From NCBI GenBank assembly GCA_051362555.1, contig CM120640.1, positions 39,162,788 to 39,226,787 of the forward strand: a stretch of DNA of 64,000 nucleotides, in the 5' to 3' direction. Source of the DNA: Lingula anatina (lineage: Eukaryota > Animalia > Brachiopoda). Of this stretch, positions 63,701 through 64,000 are shown one piece after another. A program made the position numbers and the translations under genes. The notes under the pieces were generated by a model, which did no database searches, was not told the DNA's origin, and worked only from the letters and a program-made list of their open reading frames with translations. Each line of letters opens with the position of its first letter. The first letter of the stretch is position 1.

Positions 63701-63964
63701 AAAAAAATTGTCATGGTCTTTTTGTCAATCTGTTTGCTTAGATCAGCATTTCAAAAGGTTAACAAGCTGGGAAGAAAGGTTCTAAAGGGGCAGACAGGGC
63801 CAGGGGACTGTAAGCACCTTCATACACATCACCTTCATCACTACTGTCCTACATGATACAACGTAACACCTTACCTGTCCTTTCTCTCCACCAGCAATGC
63901 TAATGCTGGCGCAGGCATTGCACAGGGAAAAACATTGAAGAAAAAGTAAAACCCTACAATTCTC
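43774..63964 (-). CDS. TMEM135: Transmembrane protein 135 (Tim17-related/PMP52) gene span, 5'-truncated
   Basis: Frame-consistent exon chain with motifs ERKSRRGMLALY, ETLYRM, GPRHHLCKH, LGAFLG, AGFLASWSMLFYKS, YFKGI, RPAYWRWLLKITGGKF, N-R..LD.YGT.AS..Y..F.P.LDPR matching TMEM135 as recalled. Confidence 0.95.
44212..44424. repeat. Degenerate minisatellite of about 29 bp (agagtagactgagagtgctgtttta)
   Basis: About 7 diverged units abutting a TMEM135 donor site. Confidence 0.75.
44432..44499 (-). CDS. TMEM135: TMEM135 exon (TVFEAHSIRPAYWRWLLKITGGK)
   Basis: ttccag / gtaagt, 68 nt. Confidence 0.94.
44792..44890 (-). CDS. TMEM135: TMEM135 exon (ILYFKGIKKGWVPHIKCGDILLYSISTSILFHA)
   Basis: tttcag / gtaagt, 99 nt. 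Confidence 0.94.
45175..45315 (-). CDS. TMEM135: TMEM135 exon (MVNCVLRW...AGFLASWSMLFYKS...ITE)
   Basis: ctacag / gtaaaa, 141 nt. Confidence 0.95.
45638..45805 (-). CDS. TMEM135: TMEM135 exon (GFLRSFTMGY...LGAFLGLFTAVFR)
   Basis: tttcag / gtatgt, 168 nt. Confidence 0.95.
46890..46941. repeat. Poly(A) run of about 52 nt
   Basis: Read directly. Confidence 0.9.
47270..47474 (-). CDS. TMEM135: TMEM135 exon (LLLGGEE...GPRHHLCKHLHGCHSYCIE)
   Basis: ttgcag / gtaagt, 205 nt. Confidence 0.94.
48569..48786. repeat. Compound (CT)n/(CA)n microsatellite region
   Basis: Read directly. Confidence 0.85.
49536..49577 (-). CDS. TMEM135: TMEM135 42-nt exon (QKSGLEKSTLNFIK)
   Basis: tttcag / gtaagt, phase 2-2. 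Confidence 0.85.
   Translation of the reverse strand, partial: AKIWIREVHIKFH
61261..61307 (-). CDS. TMEM135: TMEM135 exon (VILFSIVSSIYLYLYR)
   Basis: tcacag / gtaagt, 47 nt. Confidence 0.92.
62177..62242 (-). CDS. TMEM135: TMEM135 exon (AIETLYRMAEARGYVRQIKNGQ)
   Basis: ctttag / gtgagt, 66 nt. Confidence 0.93.
62448..62481 (-). CDS. TMEM135: TMEM135 exon (RGMLALYVSNL)
   Basis: tgacag / gtaagt, 34 nt. Confidence 0.92.
63339..63428 (-). CDS. TMEM135: TMEM135 90-nt exon variant B (KALGRFYIISSSLPALCACIVAINLERKSR)
   Basis: taacag / gtaggc, phase 2-2, ERKSR motif. Confidence 0.88.
63875..63964 (-). CDS. TMEM135: TMEM135 90-nt exon variant A (RIVGFYFFFNVFPCAMPAPALALLVERKDR)
   Basis: ttgcag / gtaagg, phase 2-2, same length and ERKxR ending as 63339-63428. 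Confidence 0.85.
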
Positions 63965-64000
63965 CTGCAAGAAACATGCCATGGTGTTATTTGGTGCGAA

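Overview
AT-rich animal genomic DNA, probably an invertebrate (a mollusc/lophotrochozoan origin is inferred only from repeat style and protein divergence). It holds two convergent multi-exon genes, both missing their 5' ends. (1) + strand, 600-32575: androglobin (ADGB), which I assembled by hand into a frame-consistent chain of about 37 core exons (calpain-like domain, circularly permuted globin split by an IQ motif, C-terminal coiled coil and basic tail). It contains one clear U12-type intron (14896-15151) and about 8 candidate symmetric cassette/micro-exons. (2) - strand, 63964-43774: TMEM135, with an 11.7-kb intron and two tandem paralogous 90-nt exons that look mutually exclusive. One ADGB intron is almost filled by a 4.3-kb Helentron/HINE-like element with a second small HINE and a decayed Tc1 (DD34E) transposon nested inside. 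The intergenic spacer has a 34/35-bp dimeric minisatellite and possible small spliced + strand transcripts. I see no prokaryotic-type system and cannot claim a wholly new biological system; the most interesting signals are in splicing and in active-site substitutions of androglobin. Comparisons to human proteins are from memory and need alignment.
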